Positions 24,761 to 37,960 of a stretch of DNA of 64,000 bases are shown piece by piece. This DNA is from Octopus sinensis (taxonomy: Eukaryota), in contig NW_021825323.1 of assembly GCF_006345805.1 (NCBI RefSeq), positions 310,001 through 374,000 on the forward strand, in the 5' to 3' direction. Under the pieces are notes generated by a model. The model did no database searches, had not been told where the DNA came from, and saw nothing but the letters and a program-made list of their open reading frames with translations. Every line of letters begins with the position of its first letter. The first letter of the stretch is position 1. A program made the translations under genes and the position numbers.

Positions 24761-25015
24761 TCCAGCCTAGAAACGTGCCCAGGATCAACAGCGGACAGAG
24801 CGAGATTTCTGCGCGAGAATGTTTCTGAGTAGGTGGAGTCCCAAATAAGTGATTTCCCCTGCTCATAAGGAATGATGGTCATGCCGTCTGGGCGTTTGCT
24901 GCCTCCTCTATCCAGCCAAACCGGCTCAAGGATTGACGGGACACCCGCAGAAGCAAGGGCTCTCTGAATAATTGCGTTGAGTTCACAGTGACAAGAGAGA
25001 GCCACGACCGGCACC
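24750..25015 (-). pseudogene. Second CRE-clade RLE fragment, joined convergently to the previous one
   Basis: HCELNAIIQRALASAGVPSILEPVWLDRGGSKRPDGMTIIPYEQGKSLIWDST. Confidence 0.88.
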
Positions 25016-25039
25016 TCAACGGAAAGCGAGAGGGTGGAA

Positions 25040-25352
25040 ACCAGATTCCTTGAGATTTTTTTTGCCTTTTAGTTTTAATTAATTCTTCAAAACGCGGTTT
25101 TTTGTTTGCTAATACAATTCTGAAATTGTTTTCAGAGCTAAAAGAGTTTCTTTTTTTTATATATTTGAGAAATGAAAATCCAGATTCATATAGCCAAGTC
25201 TTTGCAAATGGTACCAGAACTTCCAATGCTTTCTTTGCAAGTTTTGGAAACCCTAATCGCACCAAAAAATCTCCAAAGAATTTGAGTCTTACAAAATTTT
25301 TAAGTAATGTAGGTGCTTGCAATTCAACTGTCTTTAAATTCTTTTCTATCAT
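25040..25352 (-). pseudogene. hAT (Charlie/ZBED5-like) transposase C-terminal dimerisation relic
   Basis: FPKLAKKALEVLVPFAKTWLYESGFS...FRIVLANKKPRFEEL. Confidence 0.8.
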
Positions 25353-25619
25353 CCATCTTTTCTATTTTAAAAACAAATGGATTAACGATCGATCCAGATA
25401 TCAGAATCATTAATAATTCCGAGTAGAAAATATCCATCAAATAAAATTTTTAAACATTCAAGATGATTGTTGATTTTTTTAATATTTACATCAAAGGTAA
25501 AGTCGGAATCGATAGCAACTTCATTCAGCTTTAAAAATTGACACAATGACAATTGATTTAATTTACTAGTTAGGAAGACAGGAAAAATTAGCCATTATCG
25601 ACGACGGGATATTTTAAAA

Positions 25620-26570
25620 AGAATGAGGCACCGGAGTGTCTCTACTGAGCGGCATATTCCCCTGATAGACACTTTAAATATCTGACGTCCACTACAAAAA
25701 AGATTGCGCCTTCTCCAGGACGGACTGTATTTTGGGGACGCAGGATTCGTAAAAGTTATTCAATTTTTATTTGAGATCGAGACCGTAGGCCAACTTAATG
25801 GCGTAACGCCTCGTTTTCTCGAGTTTGTTAATTAGACAAACCCTCTCACCTGTGTCATACCAGCCCTCAAACCGTACGTGAGAATCGGTTGTACACATGT
25901 CTTGTATATGTAGATGTATGTTTCTGGACTCAGATGAAATCTGATCAGGCTTCGTAGGATTTTAACGGCTCTCTTCCTTTGGGTATCGATATGATTTTCA
26001 TAAGAGCCTCTGGCATCTATTGTAATTCCAAGGTATTGGAGGTCCCCAACTTCAAAGAAACAAGCAGTTTCGCTCCTCTGCTTCGACAGTTTGCACACTG
26101 TGCTCTTGTCACGGGCTGGGGTTAGACCCTTTGCACGAGTCCATTCCATTATCCTTGCAAGGTATGGTTCGAGCCTTCGCCATGACAGATCACTCCGTCT
26201 CGAGAAATCAGTCACGAGAATGTCGTCCGGGTATACAATGAGATTACTCGATCGACCCGTAGGTAACGGGATGTCAGCAAGAAAAAGATTGAATAATAGC
26301 GGGCTCAGTATAGAACCCTGAGGGACACCTCTTTTTAGATCCACACAGTCCGATAGTCGGTTTCCGCACCGTACATAAGATTTCCTCTCGTTGAGATAAC
26401 TCTTTAGCCATTTGAATGTTTTTTCACCTGCACCAGTCTCCAAAACTTTTTCCAAAAGTCCAAGGTGCCAGACGCAGTCAAAAGCCTTCGATAAATCCAA
26501 GCACACAGCGGTCGTGCAAGATTTATTACGTATTGCCCAAGAAAGTTACCTTTATTTCAGAAGGAGGAAA
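25620..26570 (-). mobile_element. 5'-truncated Jockey/I-like LINE (RT C-half plus 3' UTR)
   Basis: LDLSKAFDCVWH, GVPQGSILSPLLFN, YPDD, YLGITID and YKTCVQPILTYG. Confidence 0.9.
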
Positions 26571-26599
26571 AATTTATTAGTTAAGGGAGGCAGTTAAAA

Positions 26600-29300
26600 A
26601 CTAACTAAGTAGACCTTCGGCATCGCTGCCTTTTCAGTCTCCATCACACACACGCTCCCTACACACAACCACAAGTTAAGACTTACCGCCTTACCTGCCA
26701 TCCAGAAATAATCTTCTCTAGGACCTCAGAGAGGCCTTTGAGGGATGATTCCTGGCGTCGGAGAGCTCAGTCCGGAATCCTAAGCCATAGGCTAGCCTTA
26801 TGGCTCGTCTTCTTACTTTTTTAAGCACGTCAACATGCTTATCCCTGTCCTCATAGAGGTACCAAGCGTGGACGCCATAGGTCAAGACGGGTAACACCAT
26901 GGCGTTAAACACGCGGAACCAGGCACCTCTGCTCAAGCGGAAAGCACGCAACGCACCTAATCGCTGCATTGCACGCATTTTCGTACGTGCAATGTGATCA
27001 TCAAACTTACCGGACGGCTTAAAGAGCACGCCCAAATAAGTCATCCGATCAACTCCAGCGATTGCTGACCCGCTCAGCAATAACCTAGGAACAAAATTAG
27101 TGTAACCCCTCGTCCTTTTACAGACTTTAAGGACACTGCACTTGTCCGCGCACATTCTCAGACCCCTACTCCCACACCAGTTTGCAAGTCCATCCACAGC
27201 AACCTGAAGCCTACGACACGCACACTCCGGTTTCATTGAGTGATCCCAGAGGATAATGTCGTCTGCATAGATTACCATTTCAGTACGAGCATTGACTGGC
27301 ATAGGCGCAGTGGCCATAAACACATTGAATAGTGTCGGACTGAGCACAGAGCCCTGAGGGACCCCGCGAAGGACTGTTGCGACTTTCGAAAAGACCCCCT
27401 GATGCCGCACGACCTGTCTGCGAGATTCAAGAAACCCCGACAGCCAGCGCCTTAGACACGGAGAAACCCCGCACGTGGCAAGGGAACTCCGGAGGCCGTC
27501 GTGCCACACCGAGTCGAAGGCCTTTTCAATGTCGAGACTAACTAAAATACCGCATTCCCTTTTCTGGAGGGCGCTCTTCATACTAGACGACACCTTGTGA
27601 AGGCAGTCCCCGCATGAGCGGCCCTCCCTGAAGCCCCATTGGAACTCAGGGAGGGCGTCTGCCACCATCAGCCCCTCCACGAGCCTTTGGTGCATAATTC
27701 TTTCTAGGATTTTAGATATCGCGGGGAGCAAGGAAATGGGCCTATATCCCCCGGGGACATCATGTGGCTTCCCGGGTTTTCCGATAAGGATCACCTCAGC
27801 TACTTTCCACCTGGAAGGAATCATCCCAAGTCGCAAGCTCCCGTTAAATAAAACCTTTAGCGCAGTGATTAACCGCGGCGGGGCCTTCTTAAAGATGGCC
27901 ATCGGGATCCGATCCAAGCCCGCCGCGGTGTTCTTACTTCGGAGATTGCTGCCAGAATCTCCGCTTCAGTAATTTCGCCTGCATCGTCCATTGATATATC
28001 CAGCTGGCAGCGCTTGTCCCACGACAATATCTGCTGGACAGTATCAAAGGACGATTCTCTACGAACTGACTTCCGTCAGTTCCCGAGATGTCATTGAGAT
28101 GGGCTGAAAGTATTTCAACCACCTCAACCGGGTCCGAAGCGAGGGTTCCATCAGAGCGTTTAAGGCGCACTGATTTAGCCCCCCTTCTCCCCGACAGGCT
28201 CTTCAACTGCTTCCAGAAGTCCGGAAAGCGAGGGTCCACCCTTCGGCAGGCCCTCTCCCACCGCGAACTTTCGAGTTCGCGGATTTCTCTTCGGATCTCC
28301 CTCTGAAGCCGGCTAATCCAGCCACGAAACAAACCAACACGGTTCTCCTCGTAAATGCATTTGTCCCGTAGTCTGGATAGCCGGCGCTTGAACCTAATTT
28401 TATTTAAGATCCGGTGAGGGAGCGTGGAATGTGACTGACCCTGCACTGAGTTCTGTTTGAAATTATCTCGCATGTAATCAGTCAGGGCAGCATTGATTCC
28501 ATTATCAAGCGCCTCCAACTCACGTATGTTGGCGCAGGTATTCCCCACCAGAAGTGAGGGCAACCTGCTGGCCATGAAACTCTCCAGGTTAGCCCAGGAA
28601 CCCACCCGGAGGTCAAAGTATCCTGGGACCCTTTGAGGAACTGGCTCACGGAGTTCGTGCAATAGAGGCAGATGGTCGCTCCCAATATCGGGCAATAAAA
28701 TAGTTTTACTAACCCAATTTAGAAGACCGGGACTGACCAGAGCAAGCCCTAGCCAGTCACGTCCTCCCCTCGTGTCGACGTGGTTTGGCTCGCTCGAGGT
28801 CCGGATTTCCAGCCCGAGTTCTTCAATCAGCGTCTTCAGAGCCAAACCATGCGAGTTGGTTACCCTGAAGCCAAGATCTTGATGCTTGGCATTCAGGTCC
28901 CCAACAACCATGGCCTTCGGATGCTTTTCAAAGAACTCCCGTACGTGCCAGGAGCACGCCGTAAAGTTCTTCGAGTACATCCCTCCTAGGTAAAATGTAA
29001 GCTCACCTATGCGAATTCTCACTTGGAGGAATTCACATAGGCTACATAAACATAAACCTGAACTTTGTAGGGGAAGGTACGGCTTGTAGAAGAGGCTAGT
29101 TCCCGTGCCACATATTGACCCGTCTTTCCAGGGTATGTGACGACAGTTGTAGCCATCAACTACGTACGGACCCCCCCTTATCTTCGTTTCGTTGACCACC
29201 AGAATGTCCGCACTCGTGGTGGCCAACATCCTCTGAACGGCGTCCCTTTTCCCTTCCAGGGAACGCGCGTTCACCGATATGATGTTGAGCATCATATTGG
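26600..29300 (-). mobile_element. GC-rich Jockey/I-like LINE with full-length ORF2 (APE plus RT), frameshifted near 27920-28030
   Basis: APE: MMLNIISVNARSL, VNETK, GDLNAKH, SDHLPL. RT: YRPISLLPAISKILE, QWGFREGRS, LDIEKAFDSVWH, GVPQGSVLSP, YADD. The 3' tail motif is at 26611-26640. Confidence 0.96.
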
Positions 29301-29429
29301 TCTTATATAGTAAGAAAAATATTTTTCTTAAAAAATTTAGAGTAATGCAAAAAAAGTATCATCCCGAAATTTTTTGATAGAATTACTAATCATCATTCAA
29401 ATTAAAAAATTAAATATTTTTAAATAATT

Positions 29430-30400
29430 TTTTTTTTTTTTTTTATTTAACTAACAATTAACACCGAAAATAGTTAAGTTCCAGCGGCGAGGACGCAGTG
29501 TGCGTTGCCCCGAACAATGGCCAGGCCGATGCGCTGGCGGAACCAGAGGCTCTCTCTCGAGTCCTTGAGCCTTCTCCCGATGGACTGCCCGACCTCTTTG
29601 AGGAACGAGTCAGTCTCCTTTCCTGCAACTCCAGCGGTCTCCAGAGCGATTGCCGTAACGCGGTAGCGGTCCGCGAGCGAAGAATATTTATGTATTTTGA
29701 TCTTTTCGGCGTGGTTTGCAGCCGAACAAGGGTTTGCCGCAGAAGAATGGATCCTCGATTTCGAAAAGGTATCCACAACGGTGACATCCCATACAAGGGC
29801 CTCCCCGACGAGTACGGGAATATTGTCATCCCGTCAGGCCTTTTGCCATCTCCCCGATCGAGTCCGACCGGTTCGAGGAGGCACGAATGGCCCGCCATTT
29901 CGAGACCGGCCTTTACGATTTCATTGAGGGCCTTGTGTCTGTGTTCCCTGCCTGCGCTCCTCTTGCAAGAAAGTGGGTGCAGTCCCTTTTCGTCAACGTC
30001 CTCACCGCATCTGCAGCGGTGTTTTGCACAAACATCCAGCCCGAGACGGTGAGCCACTCCGATGCGTATGGCAGCATCGTCTAGCCACGTCCCGATGCTG
30101 GAGAGAGGAAGAGCATTCAGCCAGCTGCCAGAGTGAGGGGCGGATGCCGCACGAAGGCATGCCAGGCGGTGTTGATCAAGGGTTGCCGAGAGCACAGACA
30201 CACGCGCTCGGCATGCGATAGAGTCCCAGGCACGTTGGGAGGAGAAATCTTCGGGCCTCTCAGAAAAGGAGCGATCCCAGGTAGTGAGCCCATCCGAAAA
30301 AGCACCATCCAGGCAAGATCCGAAAGAGTTGAGTAGGATCTCAGAGGCCAGGTTGTTGCACATCGAAAGGGAGGATAGATATGCCGGAAGTGCCACATCG
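29430..30400 (-). mobile_element. CRE-clade non-LTR element 3' portion with poly(A) tail
   Basis: HSGSWLNALP, CAKHRCRCG, HPLSCKRSAGREHRHKALNE, KRPDGMTIFP and RIGLAIVRGNA; T-run at 29429-29444. Confidence 0.93.
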
Positions 30401-30639
30401 GATGCAGTGCACCAAAAAATATCAGTGCACCAAAAAATATTTTTAAATAATTAGCACCAAAAAATATCAGTTTGGCAATCCGCAAGGTTGCTGGCCTTCC
30501 CTTCGATTAATCGATATTAAATATCACAATTTGAATTTGATAAATGTTTTTTATATTTATAATTATTGCTAAAATTGATAAATTTTTCAAGATTACAGGT
30601 TAAATTACTAATTTTTTCCTGTCTATTTCTTTATTTTGC

Positions 30640-31090
30640 AAAAGTGAACATAGTACCCATAGTATTAACGTGGGATGCCATTGTCAGTAAATACTACAAA
30701 CAATACCAGAATGGTCTGAAAATTGAGTACCCTGTAAGAGCATACATCCAAACTATTATCATGAAGAAGACTCTTGAAAGTATGTGCATCGATTATAAAC
30801 ATGGAATGATGTCCCAAGAGGACGACGGTTTTGAAGAAAATATAACTTTCCTTGATAACAACATAAATCAGAAACTCGACGAAACCGACTTAATGACGGA
30901 AGCATTTGAAAAAGAGTCCTACTCCTATAATAACATTAATCGAGAGGAAGGGCGATGGAACTATAAATTGGAACCTGATGAAAGTCGTCTCATCCGGGAA
31001 AAGAAGAATGATCCTTTAGATTGCCTAAAAGAAGTTTGGAGACCGGTCAAGGTTGTCCGTGTTGGGGCAAAGAGGAGGATGGTCTATTGA
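30640..31090 (+). pseudogene. R4/Dong-like element C-terminus
   Basis: KVNIVPIVLTWDAIVSKYYKQY..LKI...RAYIQTIIMKKTLES; homologous to 20108-20587. Confidence 0.75.
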
Positions 31091-31169
31091 GCTGGAAATT
31101 CGTTTAATTAGTTTAACATCACTTTTAACTTAGTTGAATTCTACTTGTCTGTTCCTATTTTCATGTTTT

Positions 31170-33400
31170 TTTTCTTTTCATGTAAATCTGTTAACTCTCG
31201 TAAATCGGGTCGTTTATGCGTTTCCTCCAGCCAATTTTTTCACCTTATGTGTGTTAAACTCACTAAGCGCGACTCGGCCGCGATATTCTCTTGGAAATAT
31301 TTTTCATGCCTTCCACACACGATGATCACTAAGCCTATATCTTCTGAAAAATCCTCTGGCCTCAAACTCGCCAGATGATTGGTACAAGCTCTTCTCTTTT
31401 GCCTCTGTTTGTCTCAGAGGCTCTCCCAGCCACAACCACGGTGGCGACCGCACGACTCTTTCGCAGAATATTAAATCAAATTGTGAAATATTCGACAACG
31501 CTAAATTCGATATCAGCGCCATTTCTCTCCAGTCCGTAAAAAGGCATCGTCGTCCGAACATATCCATTCAAGACATCACCAGAATAATTCAAGGCAAACT
31601 CATGCAAGGCGATGTACACAGTGCTGTTCGTGTTATCTGCTCAAACTCATCTATTGTCCCTCTTTCGGACAAGGTTTTTAGTCAACTACGTTCAAAACAC
31701 CCTGCGGCATCAGACGATCTATCCGAAATTCCTGAGTTGGTCACTGGTTCCGTTTGTAACGCATATTCCGTCACTTCAGCAGAAGTATCTGCTGCTCTCA
31801 GTTATTTCCCCCTCAGTAGCAGTGGTGATATTGATGGTATGAAGCTCATCCATCTCAAGGACCTTCTTTCTCTGGTAACTGCTGAGGCGGGAAGACGCCT
31901 AATGTTGGCCATCATGTGCCTATGTACAAGAATTATCTCTGGTGAGATCCCTCCTTTCGCAAGGGATTTACTCTTCTCCGCAAATCTGATGGCTCTAAAC
32001 AAATGTGATGGTAAAATACGACCCATTTCTGTTGGGAATGTCTTGAGACGCCTGGCAGCTAAAATTATTTGCTGTTCGGTAGTCTCCGAAACAAATGAAC
32101 TTTTAATGCCGATCCAACTGGGCGTAGGTGTGAAAGGTGATTGTGAAGCAGCCGCCCATGGTATACTGCAGCTGGCTTCTTCGAAAAATAATGGAATCCC
32201 TTTCCTCCTTAAAATGGATGTCAAAAACGCATTCAATTCTATTTGTCGAGATCATATTCTAGAATCTGTCCGTAATCGTTTTCCCTCATTATATTCCATC
32301 GTACATCTATCATATGCCTCCCCAAGTTGTCTCCTGTTTGCTGACAACGTTATTATGTCTGAATCGGGGATTCAACAGGGCCCCTTCTGTTTTCCCTAGG
32401 AGTACATCATATTGAGTCTCAATTATCTTCCAAAGTCAATCTTTGGTATCTTGATGACGTCACACTTGATGAAGATTTTAAGGTCGTGAAAAATGATGTC
32501 TCGCTCTCAACGGATCCAAATCTGAACTAATTCGCCTTTCTGCAAATCCACTCGAATTTAAATCTATCTTCTCAACCTTAGCTCATCGTATCGAGCATTT
32601 GAGCATCACCGCTTTTGACGATCTGATTATCCTCGGATCCCCAATCAGTGGTAAGGGTACTAAGAAGGCTCTCGCTAACAAGGAAGAGGAGATAGAAATC
32701 CTCATTTCGCGTATATGTAAACTTGAATCACACCTGGGGCTTTTTCTACTCAAGAACTATCTCTTTATTCCGAAATTTACTTTTCTCATGCGCTCTACGC
32801 CCTGCTTCCTCGAACAAGAATACTTATCTCCCCTCGATAATCTGGTTTCCAAAGCCCTTGAGCTACTGGTAAACATCAAATTCAAAAATGATGATATGCT
32901 GCGTGTTAATTTTCCCATTAGTTATGGGGGCATCGGTATTCGCTCTTGCCGTAATTTATCCCTTCAGTGTTACCTACCATCGTTGTCCGCTTCCACTAAT
33001 TTTGTCAACTCTGTTCTTCTTCACTCTTCTGAACAGTTTGAGTTGTTGTAATATGTGGCTGGTGTCAACGAGTGGGTTTCTCGAGGGCTTAAAGTCCCAG
33101 ACATTCCGTCTGTTCAAAGGAACTGGGACAAGATATATTGTTCGCATGTAATCGAAGATATCCGCTCACATGCCGACCAGTTTCAGTTAGCAAGCATTAA
33201 TTGTCCCTGTCAACCACATTCGGGCGATTGGCTGAATGCGTTACCGATCTCGTTAGCTGGTATGTCCTGGACAACGAATCAGTCCGCATCGGAATCTGTT
33301 TACGGCTTGACATAGAGATTTGCCAGCCGCACCATTGCAGATGTGTACAACTCATCGACAAGAGAGGTTTACACCATCTCTCTTTACATCATCTAATTTA
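31170..33400 (+). mobile_element. Degraded CRE-clade non-LTR element (RT and downstream region, 3'-truncated)
   Basis: LRSKHP, SSGDIDG, ALNKCDGKIRPISVGNVLRRLAAK, QLGVG, DVKNAFNSI, GIQQG, WYLDD and HSGDWLNALP, with frameshifts. Confidence 0.92.
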
Positions 33401-33649
33401 GTTAACTTTTCTTTTTTCATTTTTTAATTATATATTAAATGACAAAAAACGACTGTTTATTAGAAAAATACTGAATATTGTTTTAAAAAAAATCAAAACA
33501 ATTAAAAAAAAAGAAAGTTTTTAATACTTAATTATTACAATGTTTTTTATTGGATTATCAAAAAATGCTTTCAAAAATTAAGATTTATAAAGATTCCGCC
33601 TGTTTAGACGAAGAAAGAACGTTTTCGCATCAGAAGTTTCTCGAATATT

Positions 33650-34120
33650 TTTTAATTTGACAGAGAAAAAGTTTTTATTTTTTTAAAGAAGGAAACTTTT
33701 GAGGTTTCTTGCAACTGAAGAAGCTGAATCTGAGATGAAAACTATTGAGGTAAACGTATTGATTAGAATTTTAAAGCTGAACACATTTCTAACCATTTTG
33801 GTAGAGATAAGCTTCTTACTCTATTAGCATCTAAAATATATGGAATATAAAGACCAGAAGTTTGTAAAGTTACCGGACAATGCGTTTTTTGTCAGGCAAG
33901 TTATAAGTCATTTAATTTGTAGTCTAAACTGTTAATGGCATCTAAACCTCTCATTACACCTATAATTGCTTATGCGCCACGGGACAGATATATTATACAT
34001 GAGACAACTCGACATAAACCTTTTGAAGTTTTTATGCGAGTTCGACGTCATGATTTAAAAAGTGGGATCAAATTGAAGCGCGTAATCAATTTGAAAGAGA
34101 TGACGAAAACGCAGAGATAG
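33650..34120 (+). pseudogene. Possible Ginger/KRBA2-type integrase relic
   Basis: GI*RPEVCKVTGQCVFCQA, LITPIIAYAPRDRY and HETTRHKPFEVF motifs, internally deleted. Confidence 0.45.
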
Positions 34121-34479
34121 ATTTCAAAGTCATTGAAAATCTCAAAAAAGCTGGGGAAAATAATCAAAAAAGATAGAAATTTGACGAAGAAGATATCTAT
34201 GTGGAAGAGTCAGTAATATTAAGAAACGACATCGATGCAAATAAAAAAATTCCCATCTGCAAAAAAATATAGTCACGAAAAAATATATAAATATCCCTAT
34301 TAGGAAAATAACGGAGCTTTGTATACCCTTAAATTCTTCGTCAAATGCATCAATTGTATGTCGAGAGGAAAAATGTTGAAAGGAAAAATCTTTGCTTGTT
34401 ATTAAACGACGCGGAAAAATAAAAAATTTGTATCCTAACCGATTTTACGTAACATAAATTGCACATTTAATTTACAATT

Positions 34480-35030
34480 GTGCATTAAGGATAAAACAAA
34501 ATTATCGTGTAGTAGATAACTTAATTGCCTTTATGAAAAAGCTTGTTCTGAAAAATAATAGTCGAAGGCAACTATTTGCTTAAATAGGACTACCTCCAGA
34601 ACCTATTATTGCTAGATAAAAAAGCTGGCTCCAGTCAACCAAATACTATGCGGAAAATTTTTCCAGAGTGTTGAAAATATGCAATTCGCTATAAGGGGAA
34701 TTCATATTAATTCGGAGAGCAAAGGAATCAATAAAAATGAAGTACTTTTTAATGATCTAAAGGAGAAATGTAATAAATATTCCCCACTCGTTCTTGTTCT
34801 AAATGAAATTGAGTCAAGAAACATTCTATCAAAAAGCTTACAATTTTCTGAAAAAACTCGATTTAAAAGAAGAATGAAACTCAAATGAAATTATAAAAAT
34901 TGTTAACGGCGATGAAATTTTTGTTACCTTCGGAAAAGTTTCAACTACTCCAGTGTCAGGCTCAACGTGTTCGGTAAAGCAGTGATTTTCAGTTCTTCAT
35001 GAAATTCTGGCCAAAGACCGAAATTTTAAA
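34480..35030 (+). pseudogene. hAT-like (CGGBP1-related type) transposase relic
   Basis: GLPPEPIIAR(W)KSWLQSTKYYAENF, and later SV..FSVLHEILAKDRNF. Confidence 0.6.
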
Positions 35031-35241
35031 AGCGAAATTTTTTAAAGTCAACTAGAAAAATCAGTTTTTCGTTTTTAGGCAACTTTGTGGTTGGCTTAGT
35101 CATGATTATTGTCGAATGACAAGTGAATACAATTAAAAAAACAAAGAAAGTAAGAATAGGCATGCAATAAAAAATTCCTGGAAAATGTAGAACACGATCG
35201 ATAATATAGCCTCAATTGATTATTATAAAAACAAAAAAATA

Positions 35242-36654
35242 TTAATTCAAACTAACAATGGAGTGCGATGGCGGATTATTCAAGATAAATATTAGCCCGG
35301 TTATAGAAGATAGCCCAGCAAATACGAAATATATTATTCCTGAGTAAAATTGGATAGTGGCTGAGTATAAAATCATTATTAACGGATTCACAATCAACAG
35401 GGTGAAATTCTTAATTGAAAATAGAAACGCAAACAATCTGCCTAACAATAAATAGAATAAAAAACCATTCTCCTCGGTCTTGACCAGATTAACTAGAATA
35501 GTCTTACAATTAGCCATATTTAGGGAAGAACTCGCAACCATAAATGTCCCTATCAATATGATGAAAAATACCAACCAATGAAGAGCAGGTAATACGAACG
35601 AGCAAAGCCGAATGTAACAAATCCAGAAGTGGATACCAGTGCAGTCACGAAAGATACTTTATTCAATTCAATTATTTTTTTATGTAGAATAAGACCTCCA
35701 ATCAGACCGAAAACAGCAGTTCCAATCCCAACAATAAGAATGAGAAAGGAATATTGTAAGTTTTTCATTAGAAAGGGGTCACCACTGACGTACAGGTACG
35801 AGGTTATGAAAAAGCCTGAGATAGTTAGAACTGACACAACCATCGTATATAAGGCTGATGACAAGGTATAGAACAGTGTACTTAAATAGCCATTTCCTGT
35901 TTGGATTCATAGAAGACAACAAAGAGGCCATCATTCTCAGAATTTTACGGAAAGTTTACCTTAATTTATAAACCAAATTGTTGCATGATTTGTTTGACTC
36001 GTATGAGTCGGAAAGTGCAAACATAGGATAAACGACGCACACCGAAGAGAGAGATATAATGATAATAAGACAAACACTGTAATATCTCAAGTCCACTATA
36101 AATCCACCCAGTATGCTCCCACAGATGAAACCCAGAGTAGTAAATGTCTCAGCCAATATTATTCTCAAAGGAATATGGTCTGGTTGGGATTGTTTTACGA
36201 TATATGAGAAACAGCACAACAGGTAAACGATTTCTCCTCCAAAAAAAGACTTGGCAAAGAATATGACATACAAATAGACAAATTTCAATTCGAAGGTGAC
36301 ATATGCAATTATACAAAGTATGCCACACGCGTAATTGAACATTGAGAGAACCATAGCTCGTAAAAACTTTCCATTGTCAATGTCCATTCCAAAATACAGA
36401 CTTTGAAACAGAGGCATTAACATTGATAGAAATCCAATAACAGCCGATATTCTGCTTGCTTCCTTTTGAACATGGTTTCTCTTGAAAATAGTTTTATTAT
36501 CAAACATTTCAGTCGACCGCAAAAATGAGCAGTTCAAATATATTTCTTTACAAGTTTCTTCATATATCAATGATCTCATGAATATTATTTCGAGAGCCCA
36601 CATGAACATCGAGATGAAAAGTAATGGTTCTGCAAACTTGAATAAGAATTTCAT
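35242..36654 (-). CDS. MFS transporter, SLC46 (PCFT-like) family, multi-exon; 3' end approximate
   Basis: AEPLLF..IYEETCKEIYLNC..VQKEAS, FFGG..CFSYIV..LRIILAE..GFICGSILGG; many hydrophobic helices. Confidence 0.7.
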
Positions 36655-36849
36655 TGCTATGAATATAAATGGGAATCTGATAACGTTAATTAATCAGACA
36701 ATTTTCAATTAATTTAAAATAGAATACTAGTTAATAAATAAAATTTAATTAAAGAAATTAAGAAACTTTTATCATTAAATTAATATCTGCAATTTTTCCT
36801 TATTTCAAATAAAAATACTTTTTATTTTTGAGTCAAATACTGTAACTTC

Positions 36850-37470
36850 CTTCAAATGTTCACCCTTCCGAAATCCTTCTTGACCGCTTCGCTCAGATTA
36901 ATCTTGCTCGTTTCCGCTCTGACATCATTCATTAACCACTACGCCTACAAAATAGACGACTCGATCTCTTTTTTTTTGCAACCTTTGCTGACGACCATTC
37001 AACTGATCACCTTGTCTGCTGTCACGGTCTTCTCCCTATCTTCAAAAAATTTGATGTTTACTCTCCTAAGGTTTTTTTTGTACTTAGCCGACACGTAGCC
37101 TTTTGTGTTCCCATGTTGTGTACCACGCGCTTTTCAACATAAAGGATGGCAGCCTTTCTTTGGGATACACTCATACATCTTAGTAAGACGTCGCTCACTT
37201 AAGTTGACGATGTTACTCAGTCCACGTCCTAGCTACCCGCGAGACGAGTATAATATCTCCTTTCTTTCAACATTAAACTACGCAAGTCCATCATGGGCAC
37301 TCCACACCAGCACTCCACTATTGCCGTATCTTAAGCTCATTCCCCCACAAAAAACCATCGGAAATAAAGAACTAATAAATAAATCCTCCTTGAACGCACT
37401 AACCGCAAATAATATCCTCAACATTCACCCCCCAAAAATAAACTCAGCTGAAAAGGATTGTTTTTAATAA
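36850..37470 (-). pseudogene. R4/Dong-like post-RT region relic
   Basis: Minus strand KEILYSSRG*LGRGLSNIVNLSERRL and RKAAILYVEK, matching the ERLY..R...GRGL motif. Confidence 0.6.
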
Positions 37471-37489
37471 AATGACATGTGAGATTACC

Positions 37490-37960
37490 TTAGTAGAGGT
37501 TGGAATCACTTCTCAGGAGTAGCTGGAGTTGGTTTAGGTATAAAAACTTCATAAATACAACTTTCTTGCTGGAGAGTTGTCTCAAATATACAACGCGAAA
37601 GTTAAAATTATTCCTACTGTTTTGACTTTGGAGAAAATTGTAAGTTCTACAAGTCATATATGGATTTTTCGAAAGTGGATATCATTTTAAAGGCATATAT
37701 TTAATTTATTGTACTGAAAAGTTTCGATCTCTTTATAGCTTTTACCTCTTTGTAAAAAGGCACGACACACGTGAGACTCGGTGGCTTCTTCAGTTGATCT
37801 CTGTTGCTATCGTGAGAGGCAACGCAAAGTCGATAATGTCGGCGGGGTCCACTTCAGATGGATGGCTTTGTTAAAATTATTCCTATTGTTTTGACTTGGG
37901 AGAAAATTGTAAGTTCTACAAGTCATATATGGATTTTTCGTTGATGTAACTATATTAACT
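37490..37960 (+). pseudogene. R4/Dong-like RLE relics (two partial copies)
   Basis: LVEVGITSQE*LELV...KLHKYNFLAGELSQIYNAKVKIIPTVLT; repeated as KIIPIVLTWEKIVS at ~37870. Confidence 0.75.

Noticed and set aside
26611-26640. Hammerhead ribozyme reading of the LINE tail motif (CUGAAAA-stem-GAAG-GUC)
   Set aside because: It lacks G8 of CUGANGA and A15.1 of GAAA, and there is no stem III; a simple stem/internal-loop/GNRA hairpin explains it.
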